Positions 19,349-27,991 of a DNA stretch of 64,000 bases are shown piece after piece (position 1 is the stretch's first letter; every line of letters starts with the position of its first letter). The stretch comes from an uncultured Acidobacteriaceae bacterium (GTDB lineage Bacteria; Acidobacteriota; Terriglobia; Terriglobales; Acidobacteriaceae), in contig CAWITZ010000006.1 in the NCBI GenBank assembly GCA_963839215.1, positions 46,482-110,481 on the forward strand. Reading direction: 5' to 3'. The position numbers were made by a program, and so were the translations under genes. The notes beneath the pieces are model-generated. The model was given only the letters and a program-made list of their open reading frames with translations, ran no database searches and was not told the DNA's origin.

Positions 19349-22009
19349 TCAGCAGGGCGGTCTGATCTCGCTCGATGTGCCTCCGGCCGCGGGGATGTAG
19401 CACTTCTGGGTGTAGTCCATCACCATGCGGTCGGCGTTGAAGCGCCAGCCCAGCGTCTTGATTGTGCGCTTCATGCGCCGGATCCAGCCGCGGGGCAAGC
19501 CGTCGCGGTCGCGCTGGTAGTAGAGCGGAATCACATCGTCGCGGAGAACGCGATAGAGATCTTCGCCGTCGCGCATATCGTGCAGATCCATGTTGGAGTG
19601 GGTTCTGCCGGCACCGATTGCGAATCCGTTAAGGCCGTCGTAGGCTTCAGCCCACCAGCCGTCGAGCACTGAAAGATTCAAGCCGCCATTGAGCACAACC
19701 TTCTGCCCGCTGGTGCCGGATGCCTCAAGCGGACGGCGCGGGTTGTTGAGCCAGACGTCGACGCCCTGCACGAGAAAGCGGCCCACGTTGATGTCGTAGT
19801 CCTCAATGAAAACAAACTTGTCGGTAAATTCGGAGTCGCGCATCATCTCCGCAATCTGCTGCAGGACACGCTTGCCGGGTTCGTCGTGTGGGTGCGCCTT
19901 GCCGGCGAAGACGAATTGCACGGGACGCTTGGGATCGTTGACCATCTGCGCGAGGCGCTGGATATCGGCGAGGACGAGGTTGGCGCGCTTGTAGGTGGCG
20001 AAGCGGCGCGCGAAGCCGATCGTGAGCGCATCGGGTGAAAGAATGCGGCTGAGCTTCTGGAGCTGCGCCTGGTGCTCGGAGCGGCGCGTAGCCTGTTCGA
20101 CGGCGCGATAGCGAATGAAGTCGAGGAGGCGCGCCTTGAGGGACAGGTGCGTCTCCCAGAGCTCGCCGTCGTCGACGCTCTCAATGCCTTCCAAGGTGCG
20201 GGCGGCCCCGCTTCTTCCCTGCCAGCCGACGCCGAGGTGGCGGTCATAGAGACGCGCCATCTGCGGAGCCAGCCACGAGGGCACATGGACGCCGTTGGTG
20301 ATGTGGCCGATGGGCACCGCATCCTGCGGCTTGCCGGGATGGAGACCCCACCACATGGCGCGGGAGACCTCGCCGTGCAGCGACGAAACGGCGTTGGCGC
20401 GGCGCGAAAGCTTGAGGCCGAGCACGGTCATGCAGAAGGTTTCCTGCGTGTCTGAAGGCTGCACACGGCCAAAGCCCATGAGGTTTTCAAGCGAGATGCC
20501 GAGCTGGTCGCGCAGGGGCCCGAGGTGCTCTTCGATGAGGTCGACACTGAAGCGGTCGTGGCCGGCGGGAACGGGCGTGTGCGTGGTGAAGATGACTTCG
20601 CGGGGAATCATCTGCGCGGCGGTGATGAAGTCAATTCCCTCTTCGACCATGCGGGTGCGAATGGCCTCAAGCACCACGAAAACGCTATGGCCCTCGTTGA
20701 GGTGGAGCACGCCGGGCGCGATGCCCATCTTGCGCAGGGCGCGGTAACCGCCGACGCCGAGAAGCAGCTCCTGGCGGATGCGGGTGCGTCCGTCGCCGCC
20801 ATAGAGGCGCGAGGTGAGCTCTCGATCTTCCGGCGCGTTGCCTTCAACGTTCGAGTCAAGCAAAAGCAGGTCGCAACGGCCCACCTTAACGCGCCAGACC
20901 TTGGCGCGGATTATGCCGCCGCGGGTCTGGATTTCAACCTGCACGGGTTCGCCGGATTCACCGAGGGCCGGCTGCATTGCGCACTTGCTCACGTCGGTCT
21001 GCAGATACTCTTCCTGCTGCCAGCCGCTGCTGTCGAGGCGCTGCAGAAAGTAGCCCTGGCCGTAGAAGAGGCCGACGCCGACGAGGGGAATGTCGAGATC
21101 GGAGGCGCTTTTGATGTGATCGCCGGCCAGGATGCCGAGGCCGCCGGAGTAGATGGGCAGCGACTCGTGCAAGCCGAACTCCGCAGAGAAATAGGCGACC
21201 GGACGCGGACGCAGCACGCCGGCGTGCTCGGCGCCCCAGGTGTTGTCGGCGTTGAGGTACTCCTGCTGGCGGCGGAAACAGTAATTGATGCGGCTATGCA
21301 GCGAAAGCTCAGCGGCGCGACGTTCGATTTCGCCGAGAGGCAGCTCGTTGAGCAGAGCAATGGGATTCTGGTTCAATTCGCGCCAGCGTTTGGGATTGAG
21401 ATCACGGAAGAGCGCAACGCACTCCTGGTCCCAGCACCAGAGCAGATTGCGGGCAAGCGACCAGAGGCGTTCCTGCGCGGGCGCAATGAAGCGGTCGAGG
21501 GTGCGGGCTTCGCTGACGATAGGCCCAAGCTGATTGGCGGCTTCAACAAGCATGCGGATCTCGGAGTCGCGGAAGACGCGGGTCTCCTTGGTCTGGACGA
21601 CGAGAACGCCCTGCAGTATGCCGCGGTCAACCAGCGGAACGCCGAGGAAGGAGTGGTATTCCTCTTCGCCCGAGTCCTTGAAGAATTTGAAGCGGGGATG
21701 ATTGCGCGCATCATCGACGGCGACAGGCGTGACCTGCTCGGCGACAAGGCCCACGAGGCCTTCATTGAGCGGCATACGCAGTGTGCCGATGCTGCGAGGG
21801 TGCAGGCCGAGGGTGGCAGCGAGCACGAGGTTTGAGCGATCGGGCTCGAGCAGATAGGCAGAGCAGACATCGGTCCTGAAGCGCGATGCGATCAGGGCGA
21901 CGACGTTCATCAGCGTGTCGGCAGGTTTACCGCCCTCTTCAGTGAGATGCGTAACCTCATCGAGGGTGAGAACACGGCTGGCTTCGGTGTCTTCATAGGA
22001 CTGAGTCAT
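19349..22009 (-). CDS. glgP: Alpha-glucan (glycogen) phosphorylase with N-terminal GAF domain
   Basis: aa ~1-170 form a GAF domain. Then AYFSAEFGL, YSGGLGILAGDHIKSASDL, HLNEGH, FTTHTPVPAGHD, ITNGVH, FARRFATYKR, EASGTSGQK (PLP lysine), LSVLDGWW. Confidence 0.96.
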   Translation of the reverse strand: MTQSYEDTEASRVLTLDEVTHLTEEGGKPADTLMNVVALIASRFRTDVCSAYLLEPDRSNLVLAATLGLHPRSIGTLRMPLNEGLVGLVAEQVTPVAVDDARNHPRFKFFKDSGEEEYHSFLGVPLVDRGILQGVLVVQTKETRVFRDSEIRMLVEAANQLGPIVSEARTLDRFIAPAQERLWSLARNLLWCWDQECVALFRDLNPKRWRELNQNPIALLNELPLGEIERRAAELSLHSRINYCFRRQQEYLNADNTWGAEHAGVLRPRPVAYFSAEFGLHESLPIYSGGLGILAGDHIKSASDLDIPLVGVGLFYGQGYFLQRLDSSGWQQEEYLQTDVSKCAMQPALGESGEPVQVEIQTRGGIIRAKVWRVKVGRCDLLLLDSNVEGNAPEDRELTSRLYGGDGRTRIRQELLLGVGGYRALRKMGIAPGVLHLNEGHSVFVVLEAIRTRMVEEGIDFITAAQMIPREVIFTTHTPVPAGHDRFSVDLIEEHLGPLRDQLGISLENLMGFGRVQPSDTQETFCMTVLGLKLSRRANAVSSLHGEVSRAMWWGLHPGKPQDAVPIGHITNGVHVPSWLAPQMARLYDRHLGVGWQGRSGAARTLEGIESVDDGELWETHLSLKARLLDFIRYRAVEQATRRSEHQAQLQKLSRILSPDALTIGFARRFATYKRANLVLADIQRLAQMVNDPKRPVQFVFAGKAHPHDEPGKRVLQQIAEMMRDSEFTDKFVFIEDYDINVGRFLVQGVDVWLNNPRRPLEASGTSGQKVVLNGGLNLSVLDGWWAEAYDGLNGFAIGAGRTHSNMDLHDMRDGEDLYRVLRDDVIPLYYQRDRDGLPRGWIRRMKRTIKTLGWRFNADRMVMDYTQKCYIPAAGGTSSEIRPPC

Positions 22010-22232
22010 CGGCGTTCCCTCGCGTTAAGAGCAACTTAGGTGCTGCATGGTTCAGCGTGTGCAATGGCTTCTGAATAGATGCAACAATGCAACCGGCTTA
22101 ACCGGGAAAAAAGATTGCTGGATTTCTGGAGTGGCGCTCCCGTTTGTCAGACTTGTTTGCGGGATAGTTAAAACATTACACCACGGCCGCCCGGAAGCGA
22201 ACCGGCAATCCGCGGTGCGGCGTAGATTGGCG

Positions 22233-22964
22233 CTATTGGCGAACGCGCATTGCGGAAATTTCGCTGTGCGTGTGGCGCGCTGCGGTGCGCCGGTCGCGGA
22301 AGAGCTCGCCGTCGCCAAAGTGGACCTCGGCGGTGAATCCGGCGACGCCGAGAGTGCGCCAAAGATGGGGTAGAAAAGGCTCATCACCGAACCAGCAGAG
22401 ATCGCGCTCCCGGCTGGCGCCGGCAAACACGTAGCGCAATACTGCCGGCGTTACAGGAGCGCCGGCACGAACCGCAGGCTCAAAAAGCCACGAGTGGAAG
22501 CGGAGCACTGAGCTGCCGTCGGTGCTGGTTCCTTCCGGAAAGAAGAGAACCGGAACAGAGAGAGTGAGACGTTGCGCAATGAGGTCAGCAACTTCAGCGG
22601 CACTGGCCCGGCTGTTGCGATTGAGGAAAAGCGTTCCACCAGAACGCGCAGCCCAACCGAAGTAGGGCCATCGGCTGATCTCCTTTTTTGAGACAAAGAA
22701 GCAGGGGGTGGCAGCGGAGAGGATGAGGATGTCGAGGTAACTGAGGTGATTGGACACGATGATGCCACGATGCGGTGGTTGACCGGCAACGCGACGATAA
22801 CCGATGCCGAGACTGCGCAGAACAAGCCTGCATGAGTGATGGAGCCAGAGAGCCCGGCGCTCAAGCGTGAGCGGGCCCCGTGCACGGACCAGACCGTAGC
22901 GAAGAACGATGATCGCCAGAGCCGCACCCAGTGCGACAGTGCGCCAGGCCTTACGAAAGATCAT
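22233..22964 (-). CDS. Lysophospholipid/lyso-ornithine-lipid acyltransferase (OlsA/PlsC-like)
   Basis: VSNHLSYLD (HxxxxD), FVSKKEISRWP, FFPEGTSTDG. ATGA overlap with the upstream GNAT gene. Confidence 0.88.
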   Translation of the reverse strand: MIFRKAWRTVALGAALAIIVLRYGLVRARGPLTLERRALWLHHSCRLVLRSLGIGYRRVAGQPPHRGIIVSNHLSYLDILILSAATPCFFVSKKEISRWPYFGWAARSGGTLFLNRNSRASAAEVADLIAQRLTLSVPVLFFPEGTSTDGSSVLRFHSWLFEPAVRAGAPVTPAVLRYVFAGASRERDLCWFGDEPFLPHLWRTLGVAGFTAEVHFGDGELFRDRRTAARHTHSEISAMRVRQ

Positions 22965-23791
22965 GATGAGAGCGGGGCCAGGAAATGATTGCGCGCCGAA
23001 GCGGAGAGCATCTTGAGATCGAGCAAAGTAAGGAAATCGATGGTGCCGAAGTCTCGGTCCAAAGCTGGAGGAGCGCAGATGCGGGCGCCGATTGCCAGGT
23101 AGGTCTTGAGCAGCCGCGGTATGCGGGGCGACGGCGACGGCGAATCGCCGGCGATGTGTGACGGCCGTGCGTCACGCTCCGCTTGATCCAGCGGGCAGGC
23201 AAATGCTGCGGTTGGCTCGGTTGCAAACTCCGGCGAGACTCTGAATTGCTTCAACTGGCGATAGAGCTGCCAGCCCTCGGAAGGATCCTGTGAGTCGAGC
23301 GATGAGCAGCCCATGAGATAACGCAACCCCATGTCGTTCGCGTACTGTGCTATTCCGCGCCAGAGGAGGGTCAATACTTCAGGCGTACGATGTTCGCGGT
23401 CGATCGATGCCCGGCCCAACTCGAGGATGCCGGCACGAAGCGCTTCATAGGGAGCGAAATGGAATTCTTGCTCTGAATAGTAGCCAAGATTGCGCGCCGC
23501 AGTCTCGCCGGACTGCATGCGGTAGGTACCGACGACGCGCTGCGTGAGTTTTTCTTCGACGAGCAGATGCGCGCAAAAGAGGTCAAATTGATCGGTGTCG
23601 AGTCCGGTTTCATAGGAGCTTTCGAGGCCTTCACCCATCTCGACATTGAAGACGCGGAAACGCAGGCGGCAGGCTGCATCGCGATCTTCAACCGTCTGCG
23701 CCAGACGCAGACGGTACTTGACCACCTCGGCATGGATCGAAGGGCGTGCAGAAAGCGTCGGCAGAGACAAGGGAAAGGCCGGAGCGCGCAC
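22961..23791 (-). CDS. GNAT N-acyltransferase, OlsB-like (ornithine acyl-ACP N-acyltransferase); start uncertain
   Basis: RLRFRVFNVEMGEGL, DTDQFDLFCAHLLV, VVGTYRM, YYSEQEF, LELGRASIDREHR, YLMGCSSL, YLAIGARIC...DRDFGTIDF. The ORF extends to 23989; true start probably ~23790-23840. Confidence 0.82.
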   Translation of the reverse strand: MRAPAFPLSLPTLSARPSIHAEVVKYRLRLAQTVEDRDAACRLRFRVFNVEMGEGLESSYETGLDTDQFDLFCAHLLVEEKLTQRVVGTYRMQSGETAARNLGYYSEQEFHFAPYEALRAGILELGRASIDREHRTPEVLTLLWRGIAQYANDMGLRYLMGCSSLDSQDPSEGWQLYRQLKQFRVSPEFATEPTAAFACPLDQAERDARPSHIAGDSPSPSPRIPRLLKTYLAIGARICAPPALDRDFGTIDFLTLLDLKMLSASARNHFLAPLSS

Positions 23792-24001
23792 CGCCGATAC
23801 GGATGAAGAGGGACCGGTGGGATGAACCGGGGAAGCACCATAGCCTGTGTGTGCGATCACGGCAGCAGTATGCGCTGGAGATTGTAAGAGGACGGTGAAC
23901 CTGCTGCGAATTCGCTGCAAAAACAGAGCGCAAATTGTAACCCTGCTGCAACAAGAAGGCCCTCCAAAGTGGAGGGCCATGAGGAGCAAAGTAATTGCGG
24001 C

Positions 24002-24283
24002 TCAGCAGCAGCCGCCGGCGATTGATGGAATGACGAGGACTTCGTCGCCTTCCTGGAAGGTGTACTTCTCGTTGCCGAGGAAGCGGATGTCTTCTTCATT
24101 GACATAGAAGTTGATGAAGCGGCGGACCTGGCCGTCTTCTCCGCGAAGATGCTGACGCAGCGCCGGGAAGCGGCCTTCGATGTCAGTGACGAGTTCGGGA
24201 AGATTTGCCGCCGTGCTGGCGATTTCGCGTACGTTGTTGGTGTGCTTCTGAAATGCGTTGGGTAACAGGACTCTAACGGACAT
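24002..24283 (-). CDS. MoaD/ThiS-family ubiquitin-like sulfur carrier ending in GG-CC
   Basis: RRFINFYVNEEDIRFL...GDEVLVIPSIAGGCC stop. 11-bp overlap with the thrC-like gene. Confidence 0.9.
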   Translation of the reverse strand: MSVRVLLPNAFQKHTNNVREIASTAANLPELVTDIEGRFPALRQHLRGEDGQVRRFINFYVNEEDIRFLGNEKYTFQEGDEVLVIPSIAGGCC

Positions 24284-25550
24284 GGGACTCCCCTGCCAGG
24301 CTCAATTCACGATTGGCCGCAGTGTTTTCTTCCACGAAGGATTCAAAATCGGTGAGGCGCGGACGAATGGTCTTGCTCTCGCCGTAGACGCCGTTAAGCG
24401 CGTCGGTGGTCTTGAGGCCGTTGCCTGTGATGCAGGCCACGGTGAGCTCATCGGGGTGAATGCGGCCGTGCGCGTAGAGGCGCGCCGTGACTGCGGTGGT
24501 GACGCCGCCGGCTGTCTCAGTGAAGATGCCCTCTGTCTCGGCCAGCTCCTGGATTGCGGAAACGATCTCGACGTCGGAGACATCTTCAGCCCATCCGCCG
24601 GACTCACGAATGGCACGCGAGGCGTAAGGGCCGTCGGCAGGATTGCCGATGGCGAGCGAGCGGGCGATGGTGTTGGGCCGCTGGGGCTCAATGGTATCGG
24701 TATTGTTCTTGACAGCCTGTGCGATAGGCGAGCAGCCGGTGGCCTGCGCGCCAAAGAAGCGCACCTGCTTGTTTTCAACCAGGCCGAGTTCGATGAGCTC
24801 GTTGAAGGCTTTGCGGATCTTGGTAATGAGCGAACCGCCGGCCATGGGCACGACGACGTTGTCAGGCAGGCGCCAGCCAAGCTGCTCGGCGATTTCAAAG
24901 CCGACGGTCTTGGAGCCTTCTGCGTAGTAGGGGCGGAGGTTGACGTTGACGAAGCCCCAGTTGAAGCGGTCGGCGATCTGCGAGCAGAGACGGTTGACGT
25001 GGTCGTAGTTGCCATCGACGCGAACGAGCGTGGCTCCGTAGACCTGGGTGTTGAGAATCTTGGCGGGCTCAAGGTCGGCGGGCACGAGGATGTAGGTCTT
25101 GAGGCCGAGGCGCGCAGCATGCGCGGCCACCGCGTTGGCAAGATTGCCGGTGGAGGAGCAGCCGACGGTGTCGAAGCCGAAGGCCTGCGCGTTGGCGAGA
25201 GCAACGGCGACGACGCGGTCTTTGAAACTGAGCGTAGGCATGCAGACGGCGTCATTCTTGACGTAGAGATTGGTGGCGCCAATGCGCGCGCCGAGGCGCG
25301 GAGCCTGCAACAGCGGCGTGAAGCCGGAGGGCGTCTGCGGAACGTAGCTGTCGGCGACCGGAAGGAGAGCACGGTAGCGCCACATGTTCAGCGGTCCGGC
25401 GGCAATGGATTCACGGGTAAAGCGGGAACGGGCATACTCGAGGTCGAAACTCACTTCGAGCGGGGAGAAACATTCGTCACAGATGGAAAGCGGCTGGAGG
25501 CCATAGGCCTTGCCGCATTCCCGACATCGTAACTCGTACGCAGTCGTCAC
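24273..25550 (-). CDS. thrC: Threonine-synthase-like PLP enzyme
   Basis: CRECG...CDECF zinc ribbon, GFTPL, PTLSFKDRVV (PLP Lys), SSTGNLANA, RPYYAEGSKT, TGNGLKT. True substrate uncertain (see findings). Confidence 0.85.
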   Translation of the reverse strand: MTTAYELRCRECGKAYGLQPLSICDECFSPLEVSFDLEYARSRFTRESIAAGPLNMWRYRALLPVADSYVPQTPSGFTPLLQAPRLGARIGATNLYVKNDAVCMPTLSFKDRVVAVALANAQAFGFDTVGCSSTGNLANAVAAHAARLGLKTYILVPADLEPAKILNTQVYGATLVRVDGNYDHVNRLCSQIADRFNWGFVNVNLRPYYAEGSKTVGFEIAEQLGWRLPDNVVVPMAGGSLITKIRKAFNELIELGLVENKQVRFFGAQATGCSPIAQAVKNNTDTIEPQRPNTIARSLAIGNPADGPYASRAIRESGGWAEDVSDVEIVSAIQELAETEGIFTETAGGVTTAVTARLYAHGRIHPDELTVACITGNGLKTTDALNGVYGESKTIRPRLTDFESFVEENTAANRELSLAGESHVR

Positions 25551-25676
25551 AGGGTCCCTCGCAGTTGCACGAGTGCACTGATGCGGGCGCGTGACCGGCT
25601 CAAATGAATGAGCGAACTGAATAGACTCGATGAAAAACCTGCGAGATGCTCAGCCTGATTGCTTTGCATCCCCGAA

Positions 25677-25787
25677 TCTCATGTTCCCCGCACTTAAGCG
25701 AGCGAGAGTTGACACCATACTCCTGGTTTGCCCAGGCAGGTTGTCGTGGCGTCACAGGGCCCGTCCCTCAGCCACTCTGCATGAAAT
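25677..25787 (-). ncRNA. SAM-I (S-box) riboswitch
   Basis: Minus strand reads TTTCATGCAGAGTGGCTGAGGGACGGGCCCTGTGACGCCACGACAACCTGCC...GGTGTCAACTC...GGGGAACATGAGA. P1 UUUCAUG/CAUGAGA, AGAG joining strand, GAGGGA.GGCCC kink-turn/pseudoknot loop, P3 GACAACC/GGTGTC (compensated form of GGCAACC/GGTGCC). About 125 nt upstream of the thrC-like start. Confidence 0.85.
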
Positions 25788-25877
25788 CCAGGCTTGCCCT
25801 TTGGGGGCAAACTTGAATGATTTGTTTTTAGCACAGTGGCCGGACTGGTGCAAGGGCCATTGCAGCGAAAGGCATTA

Positions 25878-25910
25878 CCGGTGTCCTGGATGGTTATTTC
25901 CGGGACGCGG
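25878..25910 (-). terminator. Hairpin downstream of the GH97 gene (possible terminator)
   Basis: gtcctgga-tggttatt-tccgggac imperfect stem ~50 nt after the GH97 stop. No clear U tract. Confidence 0.35.
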
Positions 25911-25960
25911 GTGGCTGCGTCTAAGGGGCGGCGCTTGAAGCGCAATGGAGAAGAAACCAG

Positions 25961-27991
25961 CTACTCCGGGTGAATCCAGATGGCGTTGCCGCCGCCGCCG
26001 ACCATGTGCACATCGAGAACGGTGGTGCGATCGACTGACTGTCTGGTGAAGGTGGTGTGCGTGGCGTCGATGGCGGCGTCGGGAGCGTCGGCGTAGATTT
26101 CGGCGGTGTACTTTCCTTCGCCGAGGAAGCTGAGCGGAACCTTCTTATCGCGGGCGTCCCAGTTGGTGATGGAGCCGATGTACCAGTCTTTGCCGCTGCG
26201 GCGTGCGAGGGTGATGTTCTGCATGGGCAGACCGTCGAGGACGCGCACTTCGTCCCAGGAGGTGGGCACCTGTTTGATGAAGTCGAAGTCGCGCTGCCCG
26301 GCGTAGTGCTCGGGATAGTCGGAGACCATTTGCAGCGGGCTCTCAAGGATGACGTAAAGAGCGAGCTCATGTGCGCGGGTGTTGGGCGTCATGGGCATGT
26401 TGTTGCGCGGGACGAAGCCGGCGCGGGTGGCATTGCCGAAGGCGCCGGGTGTGTAGTCCATGGGGCCGGCGAGCATGCGGGTAAAGGGCAACGTGCTGTT
26501 GTGCACGGGCGTGGTGCGCGCAGACCACTTGAGATATTCCTTGCCCATGACGCCTTCGCGGGTCACGAGGTTGGGCCAGGTGCGGCGCAGACCATCGGGT
26601 TTGAAAGCGCCGTGGAAGTCGAGCATGAGGTGGTGCGCAGCGGCATCGGCAGCGACGCGGCGATACCAGTTGACCATCCACTGATCGTCGCGATTCATGA
26701 AGTCGATTTTGACGCCGGCGATGCCCCACTTCTCGAAGAGCGGGAAAGCCTGGTCCATGTACTTGTCGACCGAGGTCCAGTGGGCCCAGAGCCAGATGCG
26801 CACGTTTTTCTCTTTGGCATACCGCAGCAGCTCGGGCATGTCGATTTCGGGCGTGACCTGGGTGATGTCGGCGAGGGCGGCGTAGTCCTGGGGGCCATTG
26901 CGCACGGCTTTAGCCCAACCCGCGTCGATGAGCATGTAGCGGAAGCCGGATGCCGACGCGAAATCGATGTAGTGCTTCATGGTGGCGGTGTTCATGCCGG
27001 GCTTCACGCTGAGGGTGGGCGCGGCTTCGCCGGACCACCAGTCCCATGCAGATTTGCCGGGGAGAATCCACGAAGTGTCGGCAATTTTTGAAGGCGGATT
27101 GAGATTGAGGACGATGTTGGATTCGACGAGGCGGCCGGGCGCGTCGCCGATCATGAGCACGCGCCATGGAGTGGTGAGGGGCGCATCGGATTCAACGGCG
27201 ATGGATGGCTGGTCAGGATGCGGCGAGAGTTCGGCATGGAGCGCGAAGGGGCCCCTGGCTTTGCGCAGGTACATGCCGGCGTAGTTGTCGATGTCGGCCT
27301 CGGTGACGGCAACCCATCCGGCGCCGGGCACGTAGCCGAGCAGCGGTAGCGCGACGAGCCAGTCAGGGTGAATGCCGCTGACCTGGCGCGCCTGGTACTC
27401 GTCTTCGTAAGAGGACTGGAAGCCATCGACGATCAGCGGATAAAGCGTGGCGTCTTTGGCGTAGTTGAATTGCGTGAGCTCGTGCTCAATGCGGATCTTC
27501 TGAAACGCGGGCTGCGCGGGCAGGATGTAGCGGAAAGCGACGCCGTCGTCGTAGGCGCGTATTTCCAGAGAGAGCCTGCGCCCTCGCTCGTCCTCAAGAT
27601 CGACCAGCGCGGAGTTGTAGTGATCGCGCACGGAGCTGGTCTTGCCTACGGGGATGGTGTAGGTGTCGTCGGTTTGCCCGGTGTGGACGCTGACCTGACG
27701 CATACCTGGGCCGAGGGCCGGCTGGCCTTCGAGCTGGAGGCCGAGGATCGCTTCATCCATGAGCCATTTGCCGTGGAAGTCAACGGAGTAATGCATTCCG
27801 CTCACGGCGGGCTGAAGGGTCTGCGTGATGCTGGCATCGCCGAAGATAAAAGTGATTTGGCCGTCAGGCGAGGTAACGCGGAGGCGATTGTCGGCGGGCG
27901 CGGCGAGCGCGGTGGCGGCGGTGACGAGCGCAAGCGAGAGAGCGAGAGAACGAAACGAAGGCATGATTCCTCGAAGGGAGAAGCGACGCAT
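25961..27991 (-). CDS. Glycoside hydrolase family 97 (SusB-like), secreted
   Basis: Signal peptide, SPDGQI, RAYDDGVAFRY, PWRVLMIG, PGKSAWDWW, YMLIDAGW, GVKIDFM, DFHGAFKPDG, TREGVMGKE, GPMDYTPG, VPTSWDE. Confidence 0.95.
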   Translation of the reverse strand: MRRFSLRGIMPSFRSLALSLALVTAATALAAPADNRLRVTSPDGQITFIFGDASITQTLQPAVSGMHYSVDFHGKWLMDEAILGLQLEGQPALGPGMRQVSVHTGQTDDTYTIPVGKTSSVRDHYNSALVDLEDERGRRLSLEIRAYDDGVAFRYILPAQPAFQKIRIEHELTQFNYAKDATLYPLIVDGFQSSYEDEYQARQVSGIHPDWLVALPLLGYVPGAGWVAVTEADIDNYAGMYLRKARGPFALHAELSPHPDQPSIAVESDAPLTTPWRVLMIGDAPGRLVESNIVLNLNPPSKIADTSWILPGKSAWDWWSGEAAPTLSVKPGMNTATMKHYIDFASASGFRYMLIDAGWAKAVRNGPQDYAALADITQVTPEIDMPELLRYAKEKNVRIWLWAHWTSVDKYMDQAFPLFEKWGIAGVKIDFMNRDDQWMVNWYRRVAADAAAHHLMLDFHGAFKPDGLRRTWPNLVTREGVMGKEYLKWSARTTPVHNSTLPFTRMLAGPMDYTPGAFGNATRAGFVPRNNMPMTPNTRAHELALYVILESPLQMVSDYPEHYAGQRDFDFIKQVPTSWDEVRVLDGLPMQNITLARRSGKDWYIGSITNWDARDKKVPLSFLGEGKYTAEIYADAPDAAIDATHTTFTRQSVDRTTVLDVHMVGGGGNAIWIHPE

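Noticed and set aside
20525-21835. Long plus-strand ORF (436 aa), and similar ORFs at 12404-13870, 24258-25532, 59167-60564 and 61768-63045
   Set aside because: All lie antisense to well-supported conserved genes and are typical stop-poor GC shadow frames.
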